NCBI GenBank assembly: GCA_951406725.2
Contig: OX597816.1
Location: 6,944,001 to 7,008,000 of the forward strand
Origin: Octopus vulgaris
Lineage: Eukaryota
Direction of reading: 5' to 3'
DNA: 64,000 nucleotides
Shown: piece after piece, positions 50,187 through 63,319 of the stretch
Layout: each line of letters begins with the position of its first letter
Position numbering within the stretch: the stretch's first letter is position 1
The notes under the pieces: model-generated
What the model saw: the letters and a program-made list of their open reading frames with translations, nothing else
Databases searched by the model: none
Told to the model about the DNA's origin: nothing
Translations under genes and position numbers: made by a program

Positions 50187-51924
50187 TATATATATATATA
50201 TATATATAGGAGACCTATTGAGTCAAGTACGTCAACACCAACATCAAAATAAAAATCAAATGGAAATTGTAGTTAAGACACCAGTGCCAGTGACACGTAA
50301 AAAGCACCGTCCGAATGTGGCAGATGCCAGCGTCGCCTGACTGGCGTCCGTGTCGGTGACATGTAAAAGCACCAACCAATCGTAGCCGTTTGACAGCCTG
50401 CTCTGGCCCCTGTGCCGGTGGCACGTAAAAAGCACCCACTACACTCACAGAGTGGTTGGCGTTAGGAAGAGCATTTAGCTGTAGAAACACTGCCAGATTA
50501 GACTTGAACCTGGTGCAGCCTCCATGGCTTACCGGACCCCGGTCGAACCATCCAACCCATGCCAGCATGGAAAACGGACGTTAAATGATGATGATGATGA
50601 TGATATATATTATATTGTGTTTGTCCCACTACCACTTGAGAGCCCATGTTGGAGTGTTTCCATACCAATAACTTAGTCGTTCAACAAAAGAGTGATAGAA
50701 TAAGTATCTGGCTTAAAAAAAAAAAAAACGAAAAAAAAGTACTGGTGTCGATTTGTTCAACTAAAATTCTTTTCAAGCAGTGTCCCAACATGGCCGTAGA
50801 CTAAAGACTGAAACAAGTAAAAAAACTACACATTGTTATTATCAATCATCCTGTCATAAGACATAGCAGTGAATGATGAAATCAGTCGAGCATCAAAGCG
50901 AAACATAATAGATTATTTGGTCAGGTCATAATTGCATTCCTAGTTTTATCCTGCCCAGTTAGGCTTTACCATTAATCCCTCCGACACCAACAGAATATGC
51001 ACTGAACTGGAAGAACTGGGGCTGATCAACTAAAATTAATAAAAGAATACTATTTTGGTTGAGGTAGCAGCAGGAGAAATACTAATTGAGAAATGGAATT
51101 TATATTTAAGATAGGCGGTGAGCTGGCAGAAACATTAGCACGCCGGCGAAATACTTTGTGGTATTTCGTCTGCCGCTCTGTGTTCTGAGTTCAAATTCCG
51201 CCGAGGTCGACTTTGCCTTTCATCCTTTTGGGGTTGATAAATTAAGTACTAGTTACATACTGGGGGTCAATGTAATCGACTTAATCCGTTTGTCTGTCCT
51301 TGTTTGTCCCCTCTATGTGGGTAATAAAAAAAAAAAAAAAAATAGATTTTAGATTGGCCGATGCCAGCGCCGCCTTGGCTGGCTTCCGTGCCGGTGGCAT
51401 GTTAAAAGCACCAACTGATCATGGCCAATGCCAGACCCCCCCCTTGCACCTGTGCAGGTGGCACGTAAAAAGCACCCACTACACTCGCGGAGTGGTTGGC
51501 GTTAGGAAGGGCATCCAGCTGTAGAAACACTGCCAGATCAGACTGGAGCCTGGTGCTGCCCCTGGTTTCCCAGATCCCGGTCGAACCTTCCAACCCATGC
51601 TAGCATGGAAAACGGACGTTAAACGATGATGATGATTGTACTCAATTTGTAGAATAGGAAATGAAACGGTTTGAAATGGCTTTACACATCTGTTGTAGAA
51701 TAAAATAAGGATAGAAATAATTAGGAGTTATTTTCAGGTAAGTGTTCTCATTCCGTTTTTATTCATTCTTAACAGCCTTGAGATAGGAATCTAGATAAAA
51801 AGCTCAAGTAACTTTCTTTTTAAGACACAATTATAACTTAAGGAGGTTGCAATTAACACAGCCTAAAACGCTGGAAGGATAAGCATTAAGAAACACAGGC
51901 ATCTTTGAAATGGTAGCTCTAAAA

Positions 51925-52374
51925 CAGGGGTCCGCGAAAGGGGATCCGAAGGACCCCCTAGGAGTCGGAAGGGAATTACAGGGTGTCGAATGGGGGAGGT
52001 TTGGCATGCGAAAGACTAGCTCACCCAGATGAACTGCCTGAAATACTTAGCGCCATGCCCATCCCCCACATTGATGTTGTCCATTTCAATAAAAGATATT
52101 CCAGCAATATGATGCATTTTTCACATTTTCTAACCATGGAAACAATTTCATAAAAATTCAAAGTTTAGTGTCATCTTCAATAGAGTTTCTTAATTTGTCG
52201 TACGTGTATATTTTAGCTAATGTTTTAATTGCCAGCATCAGTACCCAGTACGCATTTAAGACATGGTACAGTATGGTAAGGTATTAAAATATTTTAAATG
52301 AGGAGGGTGGTCGATGCAGAAGAAGAGGTGGCTAAAGGGGTGGTCGATGGTCGAAAAAGTTTGGCGACCCCCTG
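51925..52374. mobile_element. hAT-type MITE
   Basis: Imperfect TIR CAGGGGTCCGCGAAA / TTTGGCGACCCCCTG, with CTCTAAAA-like flanks. Confidence 0.55.
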
Positions 52375-53121
52375 CTCTCTAAAATCATCAAAGTAATTAA
52401 AATATTGGTTTCAAATTTTGGCACAAGGCCAGCAATTGTGAGGGAGGGAGCAAGTCAATTATTTCAACCCCAATGCTCAACTGGTACTTATTTTAACAAG
52501 CTGAAAGGGAAAGGCAGCCCTGGGAGAATTTGAACTCAAATGTAGATAGGTGGAATGCCTCGAAGCATTTTGTCTGGCATGCTAACGATTCTGCCAGCAC
52601 AAATCATCAAAATAATTACAGTATTAAAAATTTGTTGTATGCAACAGAAGTAGTATTAAATTAAAATAACCATCAATTTGTAATGTAAACACATTGCAAA
52701 ATGCAAATTAACTGCAGCGGTCATCTGGATAATGTGCTGCATTTAAAAAGCACAATACATCATCATCATCATTCCATGCTAGTGGCATGTAAAAAGCACC
52801 ATCCGATCGTCGTCAATGCCAGCCTCCTCTGGCCCCTGTGCCGGTGGCACGTAAAAAGCACCCACTACACTCATGGAGTGGTTGGCATTAGGAAGGGCAT
52901 CCAGCTGTAGAAACTCTGCCAGATCAAGACTGGAGCCTGCTGCAGCCTTGTAGCTTCTCAGACCCCAGTCAAAGCGTCCAACCCATGCCAGCATGGAAAA
53001 CGGACGTTAAACAATGATGATTTAACATATGTCTTCCACACTGGCATAGACCAGACAGTTTGTTAGGAGCTAGCAAGCCAGAAGATTCCACCAAGCACCA
53101 ACACACACACATATATATATA

Positions 53122-53354
53122 TATTTCTTTACTACCCACAAGGGGCCAAACACAGAGGAGACAAACAAGGACAGACAAAGGGATTAAGTTGATTACATCG
53201 ACCCCAGTGCTTAACTGGTACTTAATTTATCGACCCTGGAAGAATGAAAGGCAAAGTCGACCTCGGCGGAATTTGAACTCGGAACGTAACAGCAGACGAA
53301 ATACGGCAACGCATTTCGCCCAGCGTGCTAACGTTTCTGCCAGCTCGCCGCCTT
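53122..53354 (-). mobile_element. tRNA-derived SINE family B (representative copy)
   Basis: Head GGCGGCGAGCTGGCAGAA ... GAGTTCAAATTCC and core GTCGACTTTGCCTTTCAT..GGGTCGATAAATTAAGTACCAG. Other copies at about 1370-1583, 12044-12160(+), 15377-15770, 16195-16410, 33060-33266, 42258-42475, 44090-44310, 45935-46142, 51113-51330(+) and 52405-52600. Confidence 0.8.
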
Positions 53355-53389
53355 CAAATAAATAAATATATATATATATATATATATCG

Positions 53390-53872
53390 TTTAAATATTT
53401 GTTGTGCAAGATTTTTTATGTGAAGTCGTGTGTTGAAACAGATATTGTTATATTTCGGAATGGTCATATTGCCAGTTTAGCCAATAAAAACACACACACT
53501 ATATATTTGGTGTTATTTTGCTTCAGTGATATTTATTTTTTACATTAATCTTAATCTTATTTCGGCCAGAGTTCTTTCGTCACACTCCTGTGACCGCATC
53601 AGTGGTCCTTTGTTTTCTTCTCACTTATTTGTGTCTCTCCTTACTAACCGTCAGCCATTTTGTATTTCTGACGGTTAGTAAGGAGAGACACAAATAAGTG
53701 AGAAGAAAACAAAGGACCACTGATGCGGTCACAGGAGTGTGACGAAAGAACTTTGGCCGAAAAAAGATTAAGATTAATGTAAAAAATAAATATCACTGAA
53801 GCAAAATAACACCAAATATATAGTGCGTGTGTTTTTATTGGCTAAACTGGCAATATGACCATTCCGAAATAT

Positions 53873-53880
<8 letters not shown>
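53390..53880. mobile_element. 213-bp-arm near-perfect palindrome with a one-sided tail, inserted in (TA)n
   Basis: Arms 53442-53654 and 53668-53880 with a 13-nt loop. About 50 nt of extra tail on the left. Hammerhead-like core in each arm. Confidence 0.75.
53714..53758 (+). ncRNA. Hammerhead-like motif (A9C core) in the 213-bp palindrome; mirror copy at about 53564-53608 on the minus strand
   Basis: GGACCA-CTGATGC-G-GTCAC(aggagt)GTGAC-GAAA-GAAC-TT-TGGCC. The minus-arm copy has a CUC site. Confidence 0.55.
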
Positions 53881-53902
<22 letters not shown>

Positions 53903-53903
<1 letters not shown>

Positions 53904-54108
53904 GTAATCCCTCAACTATCGTGGGTGTTACATTCCAAAACCTCCCACAGAAATAATTAAAATCTAAAAAATATAAATGCCTATTGGTTGCAGAAAACCA
54001 CGATATACTGAGGATTCCACAATATAAATTTACATATATTAGCCAGAAAAATCCATGATGTACTGGGTGTGCAATAGGTGAACCGTGACATGGCGAGGGA
54101 TTAGTGTA
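53903..54108. mobile_element. Tc1/mariner-type MITE
   Basis: AGTAATCCCTC ... GAGGGATTAGTG, TA flanks. A reverse partial copy lies at about 44637-44757. Confidence 0.6.
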
Positions 54109-54598
54109 TATATGAGGCAGGCAAAAATCATTATCTTAGCAGTGACTGTTGAGGATGATGCTAGATGCATTTCTACTTGACAGAAACAAAAACCTGTAAA
54201 AACACAGAAATTGTTTCCCCGATGTCACATTTGGTGACATTTTGGAATAATAGTAACAACAGTTGATTGCTGGTTTTCATCAAAATGCAACAAATTGCTG
54301 TCAACAATTTCGCTTATTGATCTTCTAAACAATAATCAATAAAATACTTCATAACATCCTTTCTCTCTCTCTCTCTCTCGTCATTGTTATTTATACCCCT
54401 AAGTTATTGCGTTGTGATTGAATGACAATGGATCCAAGAGGTAATAAGCACCTAGAACAGAAATTCTTAACATGTGCAGGTCCGCCTCCGAGGGAACCAC
54501 GTCAAAGGGGACATTAAGCTTTAGATAACATAACATACTAAATTTTACTTATAGTAGTAATTATATACTAGCTTAAAAGCTGCCCTATTTTGGGGATG

Positions 54599-54827
54599 TT
54601 AACCCTTTCGTTACCAACCCGGCTAAAACCGGCTCTGGCTCCGTAGTACAAATGTCTTGTTTTCATAAGTTTTGAATTAAAATCTTCCACCAAACCTTAG
54701 TCACAATTTATGTTCCTAACACTAGCTTAATGATAACTAAGTCATTTTACTAAATTCTTTGTTATATTTAAAGTAATTGAAAGAAAAACAGAACATCTCA
54801 AAATAAATACAGTAACGAAAGGGTTAA
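54599..54827. mobile_element. Same MITE, intact copy in reverse orientation
   Basis: TTAA-CCCTTTCGTTAC ... GTAACGAAAGGG-TTAA. Confidence 0.85.
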
Positions 54828-56191
54828 GAGGTACATTCAACCATAAAAATGATGCTAAAACTGAGACAAGAGAGCAAGATGTGATACTCCACCTTAGCAA
54901 ACAATCCAACCCATACTAGCATGGAAAAGAGGTATATGATGATGATGAGGTGTAGTGAATGGTAATTAAAGCAGAGTGACTCAAGAGCTGAGATGAAATA
55001 ATGCTGCTGAAGGTCTCAAGAATGAAATGGTCAAAGATATGGGAAGCTAATGGAAGACCTGTTGAGCACACATTGGCCAAAAGATGCTGCCAGACAAATG
55101 ATGCACTGTAAACTGATGAAGAATCAAACTGCAATTCTATCTTGGATGAATCAAAGAATTTGAATTTCTTTTCAAATAACTTCCTTCCTGAGGGAATTTT
55201 TCTATTCTTTTACTTGTTTCAGTAGTTTGACTGCAGCCATGCTGGAGCACTGCCTTTAGTCAAATAAATCAACCCCAGGACTTATTCTTTGTAAGCTTAG
55301 CACTTATTCGGCCATTTTCTTTTGCTGAACTGCTAAGTTTCAGGGATGTAAACACACCAACATTGGTTGTCAAGCAATGGTGGGGGTATAAACAGACACA
55401 AATACACACACACACACGACAGGCTTCTTTCAGTTTCTATCTACCAAATTCAATCACAAAGCTTTGGTTGGCCCAAGGCTATATAGTAGAAGATACTTTC
55501 CAAAGGTGCCACACAGTACTTATTCTATCGGTCTCTTTTGCTGAACCGCTAAGTTTCAGGGACATAAACACACCAACATTGATTGTCAAGTGATGGTAGG
55601 GGGGGAACAGACAGACAGACACAAATACACACACACATATACATGGGCTTCTTTCAGTTTCCATCTACCAAATCCACTCACAAGGCTTTGGTCAGCCCAA
55701 GGCTATAGTAGCAGACACTTGCACAAAGTGCCACACAGTGGGAAGCAAGTTTCTTACCACACGGCCTCGTCTGAACCTCTATACAATTAAAAACAAATCA
55801 AAGCATGGATGAACTTACTTTTGACATCACAAAACTGTAAAAATGAGTAATTTTCCTAAATTTCAAAACAGAATTACAACATCCCAATGAAATTAAGAGT
55901 GTTTTCATATTTTACAGTACAAAGTACATACATTTGAATAGCTTCTCAAACACCAAATTTAAAAGACTGCATTTATTATTTCAATTTCTATTTAAAAGTT
56001 AAATTTATAACCTCAAAAATTTCATGTGGAATTATTCGTACAGACAGTGCAGGAATGGTTGTGTGGTCAAGAAACTGGTTCCAGGTTCACTTGGGTCAGT
56101 GTCTTCTAGTCTAGTTCTGAGCTGACCAAAACCTTGTTACTGATGGAAACTGAAAGAAACCCATTGCATGTGAATGTGCACACACACCAAC

Positions 56192-56230
<39 letters not shown>

Positions 56231-56232
56231 CT

Positions 56233-56586
56233 CGAGCGTGGCCGTCAGCCAGCCTCGTCTGGCACCTGTGTCGGTGGCACATAAAAAACACCATCCGAGC
56301 GTGGCCGTCAGCCAGCCTCGTCTGGCACCTGTGTCGGTGGCATATAAAAAACACCATCCGAGCGTGGCCGTCTGCCAGCCTCGTCTGGCACCTGTGTCGG
56401 TGGCACATAAAAAACACCATCCGAGCGTGGCCGTCTGCCAGCCTCGTCTGGCACCTGTGTCGGTGGCACATAAAAAACACCATCCGAGCGTGGCCGTCAG
56501 CCAGCCTCGTCTGGCACCTGTGTCGGTGGCACATAAAAAACACCATCCGAGCGTGGCCGTCTGCCACCTGTGTCGGTGGCACATAA
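56233..56586 (+). repeat. 63-bp tandem minisatellite (5 full units + 1 partial) inside an RTE 3' UTR copy that ends at about 56760
   Basis: Unit CGAGCGTGGCCGTC(A/T)GCCAGCCTCGTCTGGCACCTGTGTCGGTGGCACATAAAAAACACCATC starts at 56233, 56296, 56359, 56422, 56485 and 56548. Confidence 0.95.
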
Positions 56587-58100
56587 AATCACCCACTACA
56601 CTCTCGGAGTGGTTGGCATTAGGAAGGGCATCCAGCTGTAGAAACACTGCCAGATCTGATTGGCCTGGTGCAGCCTTCGGGCTTCCCAGACCCCAGTTGA
56701 ACCGTCCAACCCATACTAGCATGGAAAGCGGACGTTAAACGATGATGATGATGATGATGATTGTGTGTGTGTGTGTGTAAACGGAAACTGAAAGAAGCCT
56801 GTCATATATGTGTGTGTGTGTGTGTGTGTTTGTTATTTGTCCCCACCACCATCGCTTGACAACCGATGTTGGTGTGTTTGTCCCCGTAACATAGCGGTTC
56901 AGCAAAAGGTGAACCGATAGAATAAGTACTAGGCTTACAACCAACAGAATAAGTACTAGGCTTACAACCAAGGCTTTGGTTGGCCTGGGGCTACAGAAGA
57001 CACCTAAAGTGCCACGCAGTGAGACTGAACCTGGAACCATGTGGTTGGGAAGCAAGCTTCTTACCACACAGCCACTCCTGCACCTATGGTCATCTTATCT
57101 TTTGTTTCAGTCTAGACTGTGGCCATGCTGGGGCACCATGAATTTTTAGTAGAATCAATCAACCCCACTATTTTTTTAAAGTGTGGTACTTATTCTATTG
57201 GTCTCTTTTGCCAAACTGCTGAGTTACAGGGATGTAACCACACCAACACCATCCGTCAAGTGGTGGTGGTGGTGAGGGACCAATTAAAAACACATACATG
57301 ATGGGCTTCTTTCAGTTTCCATCTACCAAATCCACTCACAAGATATGGTCAGCCTGAGGCTATAGAAGACACTTGCACCAAGGTGTCACGCAGTGGAACT
57401 GAACCCGGAGCTATGTGATTGCAAAGCAAACTTCTTACCACACAAACACACCTGCGAAGTTAAAAAGTCTATTTGTAACTAAATGGTCGTAGGTTCGATC
57501 CCACCGTGCAGGATGATGGACAAGCATCTTTTACCAATGCCCCAGAGTGGTCAATGTTTTGTGATTGAAATGTGGTAAATGGAGACTGTGTTGAAGCCTT
57601 GTTATAAGTGTATCAGTGAAAGTTATACACACCTTTGAGAAACTAGATAAATTGGTGTGTTTACTCCCTTCCAATGGCACAGATACTCAACATCAGAAAT
57701 TTAGCAAACCAGTAATACACTGGGGGAAACTAGAACAATGCTGATGTTCACAAAATAATAATTATTATTATTATAGGCATAGGCATGGCTGTATGGGAAG
57801 AAGCTTGCTTCCTAACCACATGGTTCTGGGTTCAGTCCCACTTCATGGTACCTTGGGCAAGTGTCTTCTACAAGGCCCCGAGTAGATTTGGTAGATGAAA
57901 GTGAAAAAAGCCCATCGGTGGTTCCCAAAGTGGGCTGTGCTGCCCCCTTGGGAGTGATGGGAAGATGGTGGGGCATTGAAGAAAAGTGGGATGACAAAAA
58001 TGAGGTGATAGATGTAAAAAAAAAAATATATATATATAATTTCTTGAAAAAGGGAGTGAAAATCGGATTACTAATTATATTACTTATTATATTACTTATT

Positions 58101-58144
<44 letters not shown>

Positions 58145-59930
58145 TAGGTTTAAGATTTCTGAAACACAGTTGTTTTGAATTTGCTGCAGAAAGTGGTCTA
58201 TATTTGTGGTGGGAAGGGGAGGGGGTGTTAGGAATGCTGCCTTGGTGCCAAGGAGATAACAGCCTGAAACATTTTGGGAACTACTATATATATATATATG
58301 TGTGTGTGTGTGCGTGTGTGTATGTGTGTGTGTTTCTCTCCCACCACCACTTGACAACCAGTGATGAAACTTAGCGGTTCGACAAAAAGAGATTGACAGG
58401 ATCTGGAATAAGAGACCACCCCCCTCACTTGAAAAATAGATATGGATTAACAGCAGGACTCTAAAACAATGCTTCAGTACCATATTCGTCTAACCCATGC
58501 TAGCACTGAAAACTAGACATAAAACTGAACAAAGCTATGTGTCAGACATTCACCCTGCACTTCCGCATTTCCAGTATTATTTATAAGTACCTCTAATTAA
58601 CCCTGGGTGAGTTCTGATGAAACAATACTCTGTACTCCGCTTTCCAAGTAGGTGTGGTTTGTAGGAAATTTGCTTATCTCTAGCAGAACACACTCCCACG
58701 TGTAAGTCCTATTCTTTTAAATGCTAGTGACCACCAATTCAACCATTGTCTCTCTAATTACAGAATATAAAGTTCAAAATCAAAAGACTAAATCCTCACC
58801 TTCTAAAAAGAGGCATAAAAATATTTACAAATTTATCGTCATTATTTCTAAAATATGTTTTGTTTTATTATTAGAAATTATTCACACGGTTGTTTAATGA
58901 TTACATAACATTTTCGTTGATCTGAAAATCACAGCAGAATTAAATTAGGCGCTCATTATTTCCAAAGAAAAGGAAAAAAAAAAAAGAGGGAGTAAAAAAA
59001 GACCCTAAAAATATGAACCTTCAAAAAAAATCTTGGTATAAAAGCGAATCATGGCTTAAGACTTTACTGATAAACCTTCACAGCTGTTTGAGAAACTCAC
59101 GAATCGAAACAAATCACCAATGAGTCCATGTAACATATATATATAGGCAATGTCCTAGATCGATAACTGTAAATATAACCAGTTTTTAAACGATCTTTTA
59201 ATTGAGTCTACGATTCCAATTCTATTCTTTACTGAATCAAATACAAGAGAGAGAGGAACGGAGACAGCAACACACAGACGTCCTTTAATTGCAGAAGTGA
59301 GCAAGTACTTCAATTATACGAAGAATTATTTGGTCTTTTAATCAACCCTCGAGGAAACTAGACCCGTAGAAATACGTGTGGATGGGTGGGTGGGTGCGAC
59401 AGAGGGAATTAACAAGATGGATAATTTTGATCTCGATACAATTTACGGTTTTAAACGGAAAACGAAAACTGCAGGTGCGAAGTGGATTCTGTCGTAAAAC
59501 ATTTTTAAGGTAGTCATTCAGAGACAGTTATTTTTTTTTTTTCGTTTTTTTCAAACAATTTCTTTAATGAAATCACCCGGGTTTCTGACATCGATAGAAA
59601 ATACGAATCGTGGGGTAGCTTTATTTTATTTATTATTTTTTTTTTTTTTGTAATTTTGTCGAAAACGTGTGATATATACACAGTCGGGAATCGAAAACGG
59701 ATCGGCCGAGTCCGCCTCTCCATGAAAATGCTCAGCTTTTTCAACATTCAATCTATAAAGGTTATATCAGCCATTAACCTACTCGAGCAAAAGAAGTATT
59801 TAAAATAAAAAAACGGTTAGTCAGTTAGATAGACATTTATAACGGATTCCTTTTTTTCTCAGCATTTATTTATATATTTTACGAATTCCTAATTAAATTT
59901 TATCAGTCCATTCCGCCTATACCGGTGCAG

Positions 59931-60014
<84 letters not shown>

Positions 60015-60865
60015 GCAAGCAATCTACTAGAAATCTCGTAATATGTCCGTGACTATACATTTATAAATACAGCAGCTATATATAATAGTGGAGGCTGCCA
60101 ACCCGCATGTGCTTTGCTTGTCGACTCCATAAAACTACATTTTCGGCTCGACCATTAATTATTATTATTATTATTATTATTAACTGGACGATCGGTGTTA
60201 ATTAGGAACCGATTTATTTATAAAAGGCGGCATTAGGTCAAATTTTTAAAAAATCTATTATAATCAACGGCTGTGAATAGCGAGGTTTCAAATACGACTC
60301 AAGATGAATTCAAATTTAAGAAAAGAATAATTTCTTGTATATTTCCACCTACCCCCCCACACACACACACACATTTAACGGAGGGAGGGAGGGGGGAAAT
60401 AGTCGCCTTGGAGGAAGAACAATTCATTAAAATGAACAGCGATTAAAGATTAAAGATTAATAATAGATTCGATTGAGCGAACATTTTCCTCGAATAATGA
60501 AAAGTGTTAAGGAATACGTTGAATGATAAATGAGAATCGTGGAAAGAGATAAAGAAAAAAATCGAAGTGTGGCAAATGAGTAATTAAGAGCTAGGAGATA
60601 TAGAGGAGGTGAAGGTTAATAAGTCAGTAATTATGGTACTGGAATAAAGAGGCCATATTCTTCGATTTTAAAATAAGACCGATTCCACTATATATATACC
60701 GATTAACACGTCTGGTCACAATGACCTTTGTCATGGCATTAAGTAATATTTAGTCGACCTGATAGCTCACTATTATTAATGGACAAAAAGAAAATTAACA
60801 AGCTACCCACATTGAATGTATAAAACGATTGAAGCTATACACTCGCTCATGTGCGCGTGTATAAG

Positions 60866-60905
<40 letters not shown>

Positions 60906-62445
60906 CAGTAAAACAAAGGAAGTAGTGACTAGTGTATATTATTGTTGTTAAGGATTTCTGCAGTAAGAAACCCAACAATGTGATAAAAAGTAATTATTTC
61001 AACAAGGACAGTTTTTTTTATATAAAACCAAGGAGTCATGTACAGACATTAGAGTGTTATAAGATTGTGTAGAACTAAGCATTTTAACAAGTTCATGTGT
61101 ATATATATATATATATATATATATGCTTTAAAAAACACACCCGGAAAAAAAATGGCAGGTTTAAAAATACTTTGTTTCTTTCTAAAAAAAAAAAGTTGTC
61201 TTTTAAAAATTCAACTTTGATAAAGTAAAAAGCAGAAAATAATGAAGAAAATCTTCATAGTTGTACAAGCACAACATGCTGTATATAGTTCCAATAATCT
61301 ATATAAAATATACACTTTCCTTTGACTGATACATCCAAAGGGGATATATATTTTTTTTTCAGGGCCTCAAATTGAATAGAAAACAGGCTTTAATAAAACA
61401 TTCCAACCCAACAGGATGAAGCCATATAGACTGATAAAAGATATTTTAAAGGTGAAATATAACAATTTCCTGGAAACTGAATTTCTTTAGCCAAAACAGA
61501 AATACTCCAATTGTAAGGCTGCGTGTACCAAATGTTAATAGAAGCTTTCTCTGGTTCGGGTAAAACTTAATTAAAGAATAAAATACCATTGAAATTAATA
61601 GAATATTAATTCTCACGTGAATTAAAGCAACTAATTACAGTCATAATTATTTGAATGAGAAACTAAAACTTTGAGGATTAAAAAAAAAAATGGTAAAATG
61701 CTGTCGTTAATTTCTCACCAACGTGCCCCAGCACACCTCCACAGATACCAAGTGATAATTAGGGGAAAATAGATAGAAATTAATTGAGCTCATTAGTGTA
61801 GATCAGGCAAGAAGGAACGTTTTAGTTTAAATATTATGTTTAAATACATGAAAATGGGATTGAATGTTGTATATCTCTACCCTTTTACAATTATATAGAA
61901 CCACACAAGATGTGTGTGTGTATAATAGGATAATCTACCAGAGTGATTGTCCAGTTTAGTAGATGTTCCTTAAAATAACATCTTGTAGAGAGAGAGGAAG
62001 GGTTTAAAGGCGAAGAGACACTGGGTTATATAAATCCACCAGGGCGACACATATTCTAACAAGTCTAGGTTGAAGCCTGGTTTATAGTTCCACTAATTAA
62101 CGTGTTGAGCTGGCTGGAATGCTTCAGGTCATACATTGAAACCCAAGATTATGGATGAGAAAGATATGGCATGGACAGATTTTGTTTTAAATAATAAGGG
62201 GGGGGGGTCTTTTTTTTTTATCTAAAACCGAGAACAAGACACCAACACACATATTCTATGTGAGAAAGAAGTCATCTAGGTTTAGATTTGTTCCAAGGTG
62301 TGGTTACTTTTGAAAGGAGAACGATGAATATTCTTCATTTCGAGTGAATACAGCGTGATTATTTTATAAAGGAAAATGTGGAGGACTATTGCATAGATGG
62401 ACATGTGTAGGCTTTAGTTGGAACCTCATAATATTCAAATACATC

Positions 62446-62514
62446 CATATATATATATATGGAGATATATATATATATTATATATATGGATGTATATATA
62501 TGGATATATATATA

Positions 62515-62545
<31 letters not shown>

Positions 62546-63174
62546 GACCATTTTAAACAAATATAGGAATAAATTTTAAGTATACAATTATATTTCAGTG
62601 TTTGCTATTAGGCTGAAAGATATAACTGAAATCATTTGCATGCATATATATATATATATATGGATGTATATGAATGGATACATGAACCTACACACACACC
62701 ATATATATATATATGATATATATACACACACACATATATATATATAATATATACACACACATATATATAATATATACACACACACACATATATATATATA
62801 TAATATATACACACACACATATATATATAATATATACACACACACATATATATATATAATATATACACACACACACATATATATATAATATATACACACA
62901 CACACATATATATATAATATATACACACACACATATATATATATATAATATATACACACACACATATATATATATATAATATATACACACACATATATAT
63001 ATATAATATATACACACACATATATATATATAATATATACACACACATATATATATACACATATATATACATACACACATATATATAATATATATATACA
63101 CACACACACATATATGTGTATAGATATATATATATATATAATATATATACACACACACATATATACATACATAC

Positions 63175-63223
<49 letters not shown>

Positions 63224-63273
63224 TATATATATATAGATATACACACACACATATATACATATATATGTATGTA
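62446..63273. repeat. Compound (TA)n/(CA)n micro/minisatellite
   Basis: Units of roughly 22-28 nt, ATATATAATATATACACACACAC, from about 62640 to 63273, with a further TA-rich block at 62446-62545. Confidence 0.95.
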
Positions 63274-63319
63274 TAGCTCTTAACACGTATGGTTTACTTG
63301 AGTTGTTTTATTGTTTTAC

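Noticed and set aside
55110-55150. CTGATGA followed by an AGAAT/ATTCT stem (also CTGATGA at about 12864, 22865 and 58614)
   Set aside because: No correctly placed GAAA...UH or closing stem I, so not hammerheads.
56106-56738. Overlapping 150-203 aa ORFs with repeated CHRHRCQTRLADGHARM
   Set aside because: Artefact of the 63-bp (multiple of 3) tandem unit. The same peptides recur at every copy of the repeat.
59514-59747. 77-aa minus-strand ORF as an alternative first exon
   Set aside because: No recognisable homology, it runs through poly-A tracts, and there is no convincing donor in the required phase.
62588-63286. 190-232 aa Y/I/C/V-rich ORFs
   Set aside because: Translations of TA/TG microsatellite.
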